A DNA stretch of 64,000 bases from positions 7,105,435 to 7,169,434 of the forward strand of contig OZ199840.1 of NCBI GenBank assembly GCA_964304625.1, given 5' to 3'. The translations under genes and the position numbers were made by a program. The notes beneath the pieces were generated by a model. It was not told the origin of the DNA. It did no database searches and worked only from the letters and a program-made list of their open reading frames with translations. Shown piece by piece: positions 25,927 to 39,503 of the stretch (positions are counted from its first letter, which is position 1; each line of letters opens with the position of its first letter). The DNA comes from Kudoa neothunni. Its lineage: Eukaryota; Animalia; Cnidaria.

Positions 25927-27568
25927 ATGGTATCTGCTATTTGGAGCTATTTCGTTAAGCTTGCTAATGAAAAAGCAAAATGTAACAAATGCGATGCAGT
26001 ACTTATGTGCAAAAAAAGTTCGACTAGTACATTGCATGCACACGCTAAAATACATGGGATTGATTTAAAAAATAAGTTGTTGCAATCGCTGATATTTTTC
26101 TATTGAAATTTAGAAGCATACAAACACAACCCGTTATTGAAAGTTTTGCGAGCAAAAGTCTTTGGGATTTTAACCTGGATAGTGATATTGCCAAATTAAT
26201 CGCGATTGACAATATTCCTATTTCCAAAATTGCAAAAAGTACCACCATAAGACGATTGTTGAAAAAAGTTCACAATAAAGAAATCCCAGTATCCTATGAT
26301 GAAATTTTCGATTCTTGCGTAAAAGTAGAAGCATCTATGGTGAGCAAGATAAAAAAAAATTTCGCTCGGGGTTATTAGAGTCACCGAAAGATGTACAGGC
26401 GTAGAATTGGCATCCTTAATCAAAAATCAGTTTTCGAAATTTGGCGTTACGTCCTTATTTATATGTACCGATGGAGCGTCAAACATGGAATAAATTTAGG
26501 TAATTGAATTATTAATTGACAAACCTACATTAACGTATAGCTGTAAAAGACACGATGTATGAAGAAGCTAATAGCCAGCAGCCAAAAAATATCGAAACTA
26601 TAACTGACGAGCTGGAGTTTGATGAGCAAGAATTTGTCCTTGTTGTGCCAAGTTTTTTAGATATTTTATCTCGGGTGAGGTCAGTTGTCAGTTACTTTTC
26701 AAGATCTGGATTGGCTTCGGACGCCTTGAGAAAATCATGTGAAAGAAAAGGCATTAAATACCTATCAATGAATATCGATTGTGTGACACGATGGTCAAGT
26801 TGTTACGATATGTTAGTCAAATTTGTGAAGATGTTCGAGGCCATTGAAGACGCTTACATGATTTTGGAAAAGGATTTACTGATCGAAAAAGATGAAATTA
26901 CTTTGGTCAATGTAATTATCGATAAAGATATTGTAAAAATGACTGAATGTTAAGGAATTAACATCATGTCTGGAAATTGTGCATCGCGGCGTTCTCAAAC
27001 TTTCAGAGTCACAAATAAATATTGCACAATGTGACTTTATACTAACCAACACAGTTGAGGATCTCTCTCTCTTATTGACGGAACAATTTCAGAAAATTTA
27101 AAAATGAAATTTATCGAACGCTGCTTTGAACGACGCACCATTTGGTCTGGTATATTTATGTTTTTGAGCTTCGATTCAAACATTTGTGAAAAGAATTTAT
27201 TCTACAGAAGACCGTCAGATTTTGAGCTACAAGAAGCAATTAATTTCATTGAACCGAATGATCAAATCCACAACCATGAACCTTCGGAAGCTGAAATGGA
27301 TTTAGACGATTTGATAAATTACGCGGCCAGACCGAAAAAGTCAAAATATTGTTCGGATTCCAACGAAATTACCAATTTTATTAATCACGATGTGATGTCA
27401 GATCGTTTAGAGAGGGTTCGTAAAACTCTCTCTAATATAAGGCCTACAAGTATCGGCTCAGAAAGATGTTTTTCCCTATGCAACCGTGTTATTTCCCCCT
27501 TGAGAACAAAACTGAGTGATTCGAAACTTGAGACAATTGTTTTTATTTATGAAAATAGAAATAACTAA
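25927..27568 (+). pseudogene. hAT transposase with three micro-introns (26076-26113, 26500-26540, 26912-26954)
   Basis: BED finger (IWSYF..AKCNKC..STSTLHAH), CTDGASNM, DCVTRWSS and dimerisation motif PTSIGSERCFS. Has internal deletions relative to the 48.3-50.6 kb copy. Confidence 0.9.
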
Positions 27569-28345
27569 ATTGAAATTTGAACTATAGAATTTTTTATAGT
27601 GCGTTTGAAAAAATTATAGCTTAAAATATATATAATCGTTTTTAAAGGTAATGACAAAAAATGTTAAATAAAATTAATTCTATTCTAAAATAATCCCAAA
27701 TTTGGGTTGAAAGAGTATGTTTAAACAAAGAGTGACTAAAATAAGATTTCATTCTATCACATATTTAAATTTTTTTTTGCTTGAACAAAAATTTACAACG
27801 ATAATTGAAAAAATTATTTACAAAACCGAACCGTCTTAACTCCTAATTGTAATATCCTCCCAAAATAAAGAGTTTCCTTCATTGAAATTTATATTTAGGA
27901 GTAATACCGATTATTTGGTTTAAAATTATATATTGTAACTCTTCTATCGGTACGATTGGTGTATTTTAGAGATTTGAATACTAAGATTAATTGTGACGAT
28001 GTTTGCGTAATAAAACCAAAGACGAAATTTCTCGAACAAAAAATTGTATTGTAATAAAAATATATTTTTATTTAGGTGAAGTTAATAATCTAATAAGAAA
28101 ATCTCGATAAAACTAGAGCAATATTTAATAATATTGTTAGCGCTCACTTATACTGATCACAGAAATAAAAATATTTTGCTTAAATTAGGAATAAACTCTA
28201 TCATAGACATAAATTATGCAGAGTTTATAAGATAATACAAATTTAACTCTATTCGAGTTAGACATGCTAATAAACGACACCATTTTTAAGTACCTTTATT
28301 AGAAAATTTCCTTAATCGAAGAGGTAGTATATGAGCTTAATTAAC

Positions 28346-30469
28346 TCAATTATTTAGATAGTTGCACAAAATTAATTTTAAAATTTTGTGGGGTATAAGG
28401 TAGTTCAGTTTATGCGCAAAAAATCGGCAAAAATAACAATCACTATCCACATTACATGTTTGATAATAGGCAACATTCTTTTTAAATCTGTATGATGAGC
28501 AGATAGGTGTTTTACAATTATGGCACTTTATATTGGTTTTTCGATCAGTATTTCTTGAGCAAAACACACACCTTGATCTTTTATATACAGGACTCAACCC
28601 TATCGAATCGGATATATCATTATTATTTGTGTACTTGTTAAACAGTTCAAAACTGTATTTTATGTGTGATTGATAATTGGAACCCGCAGTTTGACGAAGT
28701 AACACATTCGACTGTACTAAATCGATACACAGATCTCTTAAGAAATATTGTCTGCGATTTCGATCGTTAGTTCTCCAATCAGGGAATTTGGATGTCCATA
28801 TGGCATAAGCATTGAGAGCTGGTATATCCACCAAATCCATAAACATACGTAAAGGCCACCTTCTAGTTGATCTTGAACAACTGTACAACCCGGTCATTAT
28901 GTCACCGTTATCAACCGCTCCTTTAGTTTTATTGTAGTGGAGAATAATTGTTGGTCTCTTTCTCACACCCGCTTCTATTTCACCATCATTTATTTCACTG
29001 GACAATAAATAAACAACCCGATTCTTTTTCGGGATATATGGCATCATTGTTATGTCATTATAAAAACAAAAAGTGAACGAAAGCTCAGGTTGATTTTTAA
29101 AATCCACTAAATGTTGAGGAATGTAAGTGTTATTGCGCCTAACATTGTCCGTTAACGTAATTTTATTTTGTAGCAAGAAGGTTGCCAGCGGGATCGTTGT
29201 AAAAAAGTTATCAGTTGTGACACCACAACCTGATCCAAAAAATGGTTCAATTAGTTCCTTGACAACCTTTCCCCCAGTTTTGAATCTCTAATGCCTCCAA
29301 TCTTACCTGTGCAGGGTTTAATATTTAATAAATACGACGTCTCGACATCCGCGGCTACCCATAACTTAATACCGTAGCGGGCGGGATTATTTTTTATGTA
29401 CACTCGAAACGGGCATCTTCCGCGAAATGCCACCATTCTTTCATCGATGGTTATGTGAGAACTCGGAGAATAGTTTTTTGAAAGAATCATTTATTTCATT
29501 AAAAATTTCTCGAATGGGTTCGAATTTATCGTTAGATAAATTAAATCTAAATTGTCTGGTTTGTCTATCATCAAACCGTATTACTTTATATATATGAGAA
29601 AAACGATTTCTTGCCATGGCTACAGAAAAAAAATATTGTTCGTGTAATTTAGAATCTTCTCTAGAATGGAGTCAGACATAAAAAGTTGAAAGCAATCAGA
29701 AATGCTGTTCACATTTTTAGCATCACCTAAAAGTCTCGTGTTACTTGTGACGATATTGTGAACTCTAGTTCGCGTTCTTGTTTGATTTGTAATATCCCAC
29801 AGAATTCCTAATTTCGACATTGATTTATTGTTATCAGTTTGGCATTCATCATCATTTTGAGAATCAGAACATGGGTCTGAACGCGGATATGAATCTTCCA
29901 CAATATCCTCATAATATGAGGCATCTGATAGGTCACCTTCAAATTCAAGGTCTCTATCGGAGCTTTGGTCAGTCTCTACATTATTACCAATTAGTTTATT
30001 CAGATCTTTGTAATACGGCATGACTAAATACAAATTTCATTTCAAATTGCCCACGTAATTTTACCTATCCGTTCCTAATGTTTACTTCTTGTGGTAGTCC
30101 GACCCCAACTAATACCTTAAGTTATTCGGAATCACTCGACAAGTGAGTGGTAAAATCAAAATGTTTCCTCCCATACTTGGTTTCATAAATTTTCAATATT
30201 TCAAATGAATTTTATTTAATTTCACTACCTAAATTCCATAAATAAAATTACTATGTCTACGTTTAGCCAAGGTTTACTGATGTGTGGTAAATTAAAATCA
30301 TTATATCTCATATCATCTTGATAGTTTTTAAATTATAACTTAAAAATAAAATTGAACATTATATTTCATTAGATCACAAAAACTGTGAGATGTGTATAAT
30401 CTTTTAAACAGAAAAATAAAAAAATACGAAAAATGGGATCACGAATGACCCCGGTTGGTCCCCCTATGG
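28346..30469 (-). mobile_element. piggyBac (PGBD4-like) transposon with frameshifted transposase
   Basis: ITIDERMVAFRGRC, YGIKLWVAAD, TTDNFFT, YNKTKGAVDNGD, TRRWP and C-terminal Cys-rich RCVFC..C.NC..PIC. Right terminus has the GGGATC-N6-GACCCC palindrome and TTAA at 30470-30473; left end unresolved. Confidence 0.9.
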
Positions 30470-30473
30470 TTAA

Positions 30474-30639
30474 TGGTACCTTTCATTCACTACTAATATC
30501 TAACCGGAGACCAAATATCCTCGACCGGAGTAAAAATCTAGTCTTGAAGGTGAAATAGTACCATGTTGGTACGAACGTACAAATTCTGGAAGCTCCGGGC
30601 ATCACACACGCACGTACCGACAGTCCTCCTTTATATAGA
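30474..30639 (-). mobile_element. 5' end of a second non-autonomous Helitron, head-to-tail with the next one
   Basis: The minus strand reads TCTATATAAAGGAGGACTGTCGGTACGTGCGTGTGTG immediately after the CTAG of the neighbour. Confidence 0.55.
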
Positions 30640-32972
30640 CTAGCGGGAATTGCCCAGCGTTGCTTGGGGAAGATTTCGCCTAGAGACGCTCTTTAATAAC
30701 ATTCAAAAATATATTAAAGTGTCGAGTTAACTCATAGAAACAAAATAACTAAAAAAGGTTAAGAAACATACTTTAATGATTTGGATTATGAAATTTAAAT
30801 TATGATCATTTCTTTGAAGGAGTGTTCCAATCCCAGCGTTCGTCTAAAAATTCCGTGGCTCGGCACCAACTCTAAAGAATTTGTCAGTGTCGTATTTTTC
30901 TGCATTCTCGAATTATTTAAATCCCGTTAAAATGTTATCTAAAACGCTATTTTTTGGCCCCGAGGATTGATGAAAGTCGAATTTTGGCCCGGTTCGGGAA
31001 CTGTATGCACCGCTAAGTTTTTAAAAGATAAAAATATGGAAAAAGTAATAGAGATAGAAGAAAATGATTGAAAATTAATTGATATTCCTAAAATTAGCAT
31101 CGTTTCACCCGGCACAAACATTAATCCACTTTTCCCAAACAAACAGCAAAAAATCGCTTCAATATGGACATTAATGATTTATATAATTAGAGGGAGTAAG
31201 ATTACAACCATCTGCATTGAATTTAATCATTAAAAGTTCAACATAGCGGACGATTTCAATGAAATCTACGGACGCAGTATTTCCATTATAAAGCTTCAAT
31301 CAATATGATTTTAACGTTCTCTACCAATTCGTTATTCATGAAACATACAGTAGTGTATGGATACAACGCAGAAATTGGGAAGATGGAAATCACTGCGTTG
31401 CATCTATTTTCGCGCAGGACACGTCGAATAGCGCACGCGCCCGGAAATATAGCAGTTTTCAATCGGTAATATAATCAATAATAATTTAATGTGAAGAAAA
31501 AATTAATAAAATATTGAGTCAGAGTCAGCCATTTTAAGTTCGATTTATATTGTTAATATTGACAAAATTTTATTTAGAAAGAGTTTTCTACCTTTTTCCC
31601 ATTAATATAATTACTCATTGTTTGATATAATAACTTTATCAATATAATCAGAGTCGTCATCAACCATATCGATATCAGGAAAATCTGGTGTTGTCCAAAT
31701 TTCAGAGATGTCGACTATGTTGCATTCAAGAGTTTCATCAATAATATTTGTTAATTCTAACGATTTCCCCTCTTCAATCAGCTCAGTTAGGTCATGTTTA
31801 AATTGATCATCATCAAGAACATCTTAAGAATCATAATTTAGTGGATTTTCAGGGAGGAAAAATGATTTCCTAGTGCAATTAACTATGGTTTAGGTTTTAA
31901 TGTATTCCTGTAATTTTATTGTCGAATGAATAACGTCTTTAGATTTCTTTCGTGTATCATTTTAAACTTTAACAATTCCATGATCCAGTGGCTGTAGCAC
32001 ATTGGTTGTGTTCGAAGAAAAGTACCAGTCTTACATTAGACAAATATTTTTGTTGTGTGTTAAGAAATATCCGAGAAACAACACAAAATTTTCTGTTAGA
32101 AATGATGAGTTGCCTATTCTATTTTTCAAGAAAAGACAAAAATGGAGCTGGTCATTTAGACTTTTTAATTATCGTGCTATTTTATTGACAAATTTTTCCA
32201 TCACTTGGAACTTAGCATCTTTATTATATGATATAAACTCGTAAAACCTTATAATTTCGAGTTTTTCGGTAGTGTAATGTGTTTTTGTTTCGCTAAAATT
32301 GACGCTTCATCCATTATTTTTTGCCAAGTTCAGATTAAGCGCTGCGTTGGAGCCATTTTTGCGTTAGATCCATACAGTAAGTTTTCAACCTAATATTTGG
32401 TTGAAAATCAATTATTTATTAACAAATGATCTATTTTGTACTGAACTATCTATTTAAATTTGAATAAACCAAAATAAATGGTAAACAAGTAAATTTTTAA
32501 AAATTGCGTTGGAGCCATATTAAGTACGACCCATACACTACTGTATATAGATTTTTTCTCATATCTAAAACCATTAATCGAAACTTCAAAATGTGTTTAT
32601 CAAGTCAAATACGTTAAAACTCCATAAATGAGTAGTGTATCTACACGAACGCCTAAATTTACGCATTAAATTTATATACAAAGTCAGATGGCAGCAGTTA
32701 ATCAACATTTGATAAAGCATATAAAGGGAAAAATTAACTTCGACCGAACATCAGCAGGTCATAAGCTGGTGTTAATCTTATTGTTAAACTCAAGTAATCC
32801 GATAAACATACTTTGAATCGACAAAATCACCATTTTCTAAACACTTTAAGGAACATTTGGTAATGTGAAAACGATTTAAAGATTTTTTGGAACATTGTGA
32901 TTTGGAAAAAATTTTGACGCATATGCGTACTTGTTACACACACGGACACTTCAGCTTTATATATATAGTAGA
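30640..32972 (-). mobile_element. non-autonomous Helitron
   Basis: 5' TCTACTATATATATAAAGCTGAAGTGTCCGTGTGTG after a host A. The 3' hairpin CCCAAGCAACGCTGGG lies ~9 nt before the terminal CTAG, followed by T. Confidence 0.7.
31348..32543 (-). mobile_element. deleted pogo element inside the Helitron
   Basis: TIR CAGTAGTGTATGG with TA TSDs. Remnant NTTNVLQPLDHGIVK at ~31970-32015. Confidence 0.85.
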
Positions 32973-33372
32973 TAGGTTACAAATGATTATTCATTGTGTG
33001 AAAATGTCATGTGTTTGCAGATAACATAATTAAATGTTAACATTTTTATTTTCCTAACACTAAGATTCTATTTAAAAACCAGTTTTTTTATTTGTTAGTA
33101 AATTGTTTTTCAGGTATATAAATAACAAAGTAATAATGTGACCAACAGGTAGTAAGTACTGTGTGAAATTGCAAAAGTGCGTATTACCCCCACTCACTGT
33201 GTTTAGGATAATTTTGATATTCTTAGGATTAATTATATTTACACTAATACTAAAGAGTCCCAAAACCAATAAATAATGATCATATTCATGCAACGCTGTG
33301 CGTCATAATAAAAGTCACATTATTTTATTTATCAAAAGTACACTGCGAGGAAAAATAAAACACGTCTAAAAT

Positions 33373-35169
33373 CTAATCAGAAATAATGTGCATGACTTCT
33401 GAAACGAACACTTTTGAGGATTTACGAATCCGATCAATTTTAAAGTTCATATGGTATATAAGTTGCTCAATCTCATTGTTATTTTTAGAGACGGTATTCT
33501 ATAACACAAATTAAAAAAGGAACCTCGAAACAATAGAAACCGTTTTTCGGTCATATCGAATAGCAAAGTCCTCTTGAATATGACTACATATTCTCGAATT
33601 GATATCATTCAAAAAAGATTGAGCAGAGTCTTTATCAGCCATTATACCGCTTTTAATCAACATTTCCGATAGCGAAAGGATAAAATCGCTGTAGTAGGTG
33701 AATTCCACCTCGCCAAAGACTTGAACACTCATTCGAATTAAAAGAATAATGGATGACTCTAAGAATTCAAGATTCCAATTACAAAAAACATAGTCTCTTG
33801 TAATGACAGAAAAGCAATCTAAAAATTTATCGGCTGGAACAAGGTTGAGGTGATAGAATGAATCAACATAAAATTTGATAATAGGATCATCGGACCAAAT
33901 GTTATCAACAACAGTGGCAATAGTAAGCGGTGAATGACGATTCTTCGACAAACAATTAGAAATTAACTCTGACCTCGTCTTTTGAGTGAGAATTAATTTG
34001 TGCAACGTTTCTGCAAGCTCAAGTATGTTCTTGAAACCAACTTGGTTTGACATTATCATAGCAACAACCAAATATTTTAATAAATGAGGGAAAAAATTCA
34101 AAACGAAAAATAACCCCCTAAAATAAAAATACACATGTTAAGATACAACCAAAAAAATTATCATACGTTTTATCGGTGTAAAAATGGTTTATGACAATAT
34201 TGTAACCATTATCGACGATCGATGATGCTAACAATGTAAGATGCAGGAAACTACCCCACAATTGAATATGCAAAGGATCGAATTCTTCACAGCATAAAAA
34301 CGTTTCAGGTGATAAAACAATATCACTGTAGTGGGTTTTGGTCAATTTTTCAACCTTAAATAAGCCGATACCACATTCAAACTGTATTTTTTTAATTACC
34401 TTCGAACGAATGATATCCATAATGGCAGTAATTCCAGAAGCATTCTGACTTATTATTCTGGCAGATAACTCGTGAAAGTTAGCTTTAAGTTTTAACATTG
34501 GATCATCACCCTATCGATAGTTTAATAAGAAAATTTCATCCAACCACCAATTATTACCAACTGAGAATACAATACAAACAGTTCGGATGCTCTCTCGTAT
34601 TTTCCCAACATAAAGTCGAGCATAGCACATTCATAGATCTGCATTATGATGGTGGAATCAGATTGTTGCTCAACGTTAGTTAAGCCATTGTTATTTTCAA
34701 GGGATGATGTGAGAAAACTCCAAATACGACCTTTATAATACTCCGCATAAACACTTGGATCATCTGTCTTATTATCTTGAAGTGCATCACTAATAATTAA
34801 CACATCCAGTTCATGCTTAGAAAGTTTTCCCTCAGATTTCACAACATCCACTACACTAAAAATTTAGAAACAGAAAACAAACAAACATAAACATTCTGTT
34901 ATATCAAGTTCAGCTTCACCGAACTTGGAAATAAAATCTCTGTAGGCAAACTTCTAAATATAACCATTTTAAGATTATCACATGCACAAACATCCTTAAA
35001 TTACAAGGTCACACGATTTTATCATATCCAGTGCTTTGAGAGCGAGATTATTATCTGTAATAGAATAAAACATCATCATTGACACTCTCATATGTTTGTC
35101 TATGTAGTCAAACATCTTCTCCATAGATGCGTAACAGTATTTATCGAAATTATCATCATTTACAACCAT
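33373..35169 (-). CDS. host multi-exon gene, helical/TPR-like protein of ~520 aa (possibly a divergent Integrator subunit 8)
   Basis: Six exons (~35169-35005, 34953-34893, 34850-34558, 34510-34168, 34118-33541, 33498-33373) can be joined in frame by ~42-51-nt GT-AG introns. No TE motifs. Identity is only a by-eye guess. Confidence 0.7.
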
Positions 35170-35849
35170 GGTGAGACCACTAAGAACAATGTCGACGACA
35201 ATGTGCGAGCCTGATTAATCGGTGAGAGTCGATAATTTTTACGCCCAACCCTGCATGTGGGTATTATTAATACGGGGTTGTTATTTAGCTAAAATTTTGT
35301 TAACTTAGGAATTAAAAACAAAAATTATTGTCAAAATAATTGACTAGAGTAAATGTCATTCAAAATGAGAAGTATTGGACAGAGTTGCATAGCGCCAGAA
35401 TTATGATGCCTCGTGTACCTTATTGCATGATCCGAAGGGGTTATCGAGACATACTTATTATTAAAACTCCTCAGCATCACTGGTTCCATTTGACCATGTA
35501 TACATGCGTTTTATGACTTTCCTGGCAGTGTTTATAGTTTGTTTCCTGGATTGTTTTGTTTGAAGTAAATTCGGATGTGTTGAATGAGAATTATCCTGTT
35601 AAATATTGGTTTCAAGTCATGTTTATTTTTTACAAATGAGATTTTTGATTCATTATTCAGATTTGGTGTTAATGTGCTCCCTTATATTGTTTGCAGACAA
35701 TGCCCATTCGTGTGTTCGTTCGTGTCATGAGCGAACGAAGTTTTCTTCATAATTATAAACACGAGCGAAACACGAATGAACTTTTCTGATCTTAAAATTT
35801 TTGACACGAAACACGAACGAAACCATTCGTGCATTTCGTGTGCGAGGAT

Positions 35850-36935
35850 GGTGATGAAGTATGTGGTGTAGCGGACGAGGGTCAAACACACATGTAATCT
35901 CCATATTTTTTCAACAAACACTGAATTTTTTTCGTTTCTTTCTTAGTTATTAATGAGAAAGTTATTTATTATTACTATTTTGATTTTTTACTATTGTTAT
36001 ATAACGATTTTATATGGACTAACTTTAAATATAAACGTATTGCGTGTGTCACAAAAAGATCTCATTTTTTACCATAATGAAAATGCTTTTCGAATTTTAA
36101 AAAATAAATATTGATTTCGTACGATTTTTATTATTAAACTTCAGAAACCAAATTTTTTAAAATGACAATAAAAAACTGTTTTACATTGCAGTATTTGTAT
36201 TATATTGAAAAAAAAATATTGAGCTATATTTTAATCGTTTTGTAAGTTTTTGTGTATGTCAAAATTTGTAACAACAAATTCGGGCCAATGTACGAATTGA
36301 GAATATTACTAGGTGTAAACCCAATATTTTAACTAAGGTTATTATTTTGATCTATACACGTATAATCGACTAAAACTAATGAATGTATAGAAACAACAAT
36401 TTTTTGATTTCTAATAACAACATTTTTAATTTTATCGAATGTTATACTAAACACACACGTAAAAATTCCTCTAATAAAGTAATAACTTCATATAATCAAC
36501 CTTTAATTATTTACCTATTGAAATTAAATGTTTATCTAAAATATAATGTTTATTTATTTTTAAAAAACTCATCAGTTCTAAGAATATTAAGAAAATGCAT
36601 TTTGAGAGTACGTAGTTGTCCTCGTTTTTGAACTATTCGTAATTAAAACTAATAAAAACATGTATAAATAAATCTGGTATTGTATAATTTATGTTTATAT
36701 GCTAAAAAATATGAAGAATAACCAACTTATGAGTGATTATCAAAACGAATTAGACAACAATTCAATGTTTGTTGAAAAGAGATGGAGATTGCACGTGTGT
36801 CCACCAGCGTTCGGATGACAAATTCTTAAAATTAAGAAGATATTATTTTGTTTTATTATAGATAATCATGAAAAAAAGATATTCGAATAACATGCACAAG
36901 CGGGCGTTTTTAGGTGGCGCATACTTTACCATTAC
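35850..36935. mobile_element. long-TIR non-autonomous element, third copy
   Basis: Colinear with 24650-25790. Right end GGCGCATACTTTACC; left TIR internally deleted. Confidence 0.8.
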
Positions 36936-37335
36936 CGAAAAGATCTTAGATATGAAATTAATATTAAATTTTAAGCGAAGAAAAATATGAGGCATTGAAT
37001 GTAAGCAATTACGATCTTTACCTTGATTTACTGGAATTTTTGAGATGTGTTACCTCATGTCATAATTTCATATTTTATTACCAAATACAAATTTGATATC
37101 AGTTTTTTTTAAAAGATAATCAAATTAATTTAGGAAACAGAACCTCGTTATATTAAGTTCCGCTATAGTCAAATCTACCTAAACATTTTTTAGAATGATA
37201 AAAATACTTTCAAACCCTAATTTTATAAGTCTAATAGTTAGAAGTGAATTTTTGAAGTGGCTAAGTTAGGTCTGTTCAGTTTTCTTTTGAGATAGTGAAA
37301 AATAAAACATAATAAAGAGAAGGAGTGAATTAAAT

Positions 37336-39503
37336 TCACTCCAGAAGTGTCTTATTTTTAATATTATTAGTATAAACTACTAATTTTCTTAATGTGTTCG
37401 GTTCAAGTCTATATCTAGACTTGGATAAAATTTTTCCAGCGTATGAAAACGCCCGTTCTGACATTGAGCTGGATGCTGGTCGGCTGTACATGTTAGTTGC
37501 AATTTTTTAAGATTTTCATTCTTGAAGTTTTCCCAATAAACGAGCGGATTTTCGTAAACTTGGTTGACTTTTTCTCGGATGTACAGTTGAATTTCTGATT
37601 GAAAATCTTCTGAGGCACTATCCAGTTCATAACATATTGAGTGGGTTTTCAGAAGTTCCGAGCTCTTTGGGATTAATTCTAATTTTTTTAAATATTTGTT
37701 ACAGGAAAAGATTTACCATCAAATTTGTTTTTTTTTATATAGGTAATTTGGTTCAGCCATGCCAGACAAAAGCGACTCAACGTGATTTATCACAAAATTT
37801 AATTCTTTATTTTGCAGACTTACACTCAATAAATTTGAATTTTTTAAAATTTGGATGGAGAAAAGCTGCGATTTTATGGTTGATATCAATACATTGTGTG
37901 TATTTTTCGTCCAATAAACTTTCCAAATGCATACAATAATCGCCCATAAAAGTTTCACGTTGTTTTTGAATCATTGCTTTGATACGATGAAATACAATAA
38001 ACACCTAACGATAATATAAAAAACGAAACTTAAACGAATTACAAAATGTGACGATGGCCTTTTCACCTGCTCCAACTGATCAAAGAAATCGGAAAATATT
38101 TTGAAAAATTCAGCTACAACAACACATTCTTTCTTGTCCAATCCGTCAAAGTATTTTTTAGCTGGATGATTTTTTAGCACATCCTCCAAACTATCGAAAC
38201 ACGCCACTAACGTCCTATATCGATCGCTGAGACCTCTCCATGGTCGCGTAGCTGAGCCCCATTGTATTTTCATTGGTAATTTGGACTGTAAATCTGCCGT
38301 TTTATGAATAAATCCGCACAGTTTGTCAACATTCACCCTTAGTATGGATAAATCGGATGTGCTGTTTGTACTAAGATCCCAAGCCACACATCATAAAAAA
38401 ATTGAAATTAGATATTATAGCGAAAGTAAAATTTATTTATAAACTTAGTGATAAAAAAGTGTAATCAATATATTAAAATACATAAATATAAACTATTTAA
38501 ATTTAGATTATAACAGTTTTATCTTGATTTTCCAAACAGAATTATGAGAGATCAAGATAGCATATCGTTAAGTATATCACTTTTACAATTATTTACTCAT
38601 CAAAATTTTAACATAAATTTAATACATAAAATACCTTGAGATATAATAGTGTGAAGGCGGTGAGCAGCACATCTGGTTGTGTTGAACTCTCTTAGACCAG
38701 ATAGATTGTTTGCTGCGGAGTCACAAACAATTCTTAGATCAGATTTGCTAAGTGAAAATTTAATACAAAATTCCGTGCAGATTTTATTTATATTTTCGGC
38801 AGTGTGTTTTACAGGAAAATAGATCATGTCGTATTGGAAATGTTGAAGGGTGAAATTTTTAACAAACAACACTGATATATCAATGAATGAGTTGATTTTG
38901 GCATTATCAGTCCAAATATCAATGGTTAGGCACATACTATTGTGACTTATTGTTGTAATTAATTTTTCCATTTTTAAATACATGCACTCATACTCATTCA
39001 TGATTATTTTTTTAACACATTTTTTGGATAAAATCTTAAGTCTAGCACTAGGTTCATTGAACTTTTTGCCTAAGTTAAATGCGAAGTTTATCATCTCCGT
39101 AAACGATGCACTTTCTGTTATTGTAAACGGGGAGATTGTTTCAGCTACAAAATTAGCAATTTTAGTGTCAAACATTACCTGATCTGATAGGCTTAAATTA
39201 ACAATGGAGGGAGGTGAAACAAATAATTCATTAATTTTTATATTTGTATTTGTTTTAGCATGTAACTTATTATGACTAATAAGCTTCCTATTCCCGTAAG
39301 ACGACTTATGCGGGAATGCTTTGTTGCACTTTGTTGCACTTTGTGCAAACAATAAAATCAATTTGGGATGTTTCATCCCCGTTTTTAGTAAAGATGGAAC
39401 AGAAATTGTCCCATTCTTTAGAACGCGTTGTAGATTTTTTCCAAGAGAAAAGTCTGCTAGTTTTCAAAGCCTCTTCAACACTTTCCACGCTCCAGCTTGA
39501 CAT
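37336..39503 (-). pseudogene. hAT transposase (frameshifted, at least one intron)
   Basis: CLTIDIWTD, IVCDSAAN, RCAAHRLHTII, ATRPW, AAFLHPNFK and PASSSMSERAFSYAG. Confidence 0.9.

Larger units (their letters stand above)
24358..27845 (+). mobile_element. hAT transposon (BED-finger), full length
   Basis: TIR TAGG(G/A)GTTAAGA(T)CGGTTCGGTTTT and 8-bp TSD ATTATAAT/ATTGTAAT. Confidence 0.92.

Noticed and set aside
33072-33293. 73-aa minus-strand ORF downstream of the host gene
   Set aside because: No recognisable motif or ATG start; it could be an exon but is unsupported.
35225-35690. Degraded transposase flanking the hAT (continuing 39610-39880)
   Set aside because: Only vague motif resemblance and no TIR pair identified.
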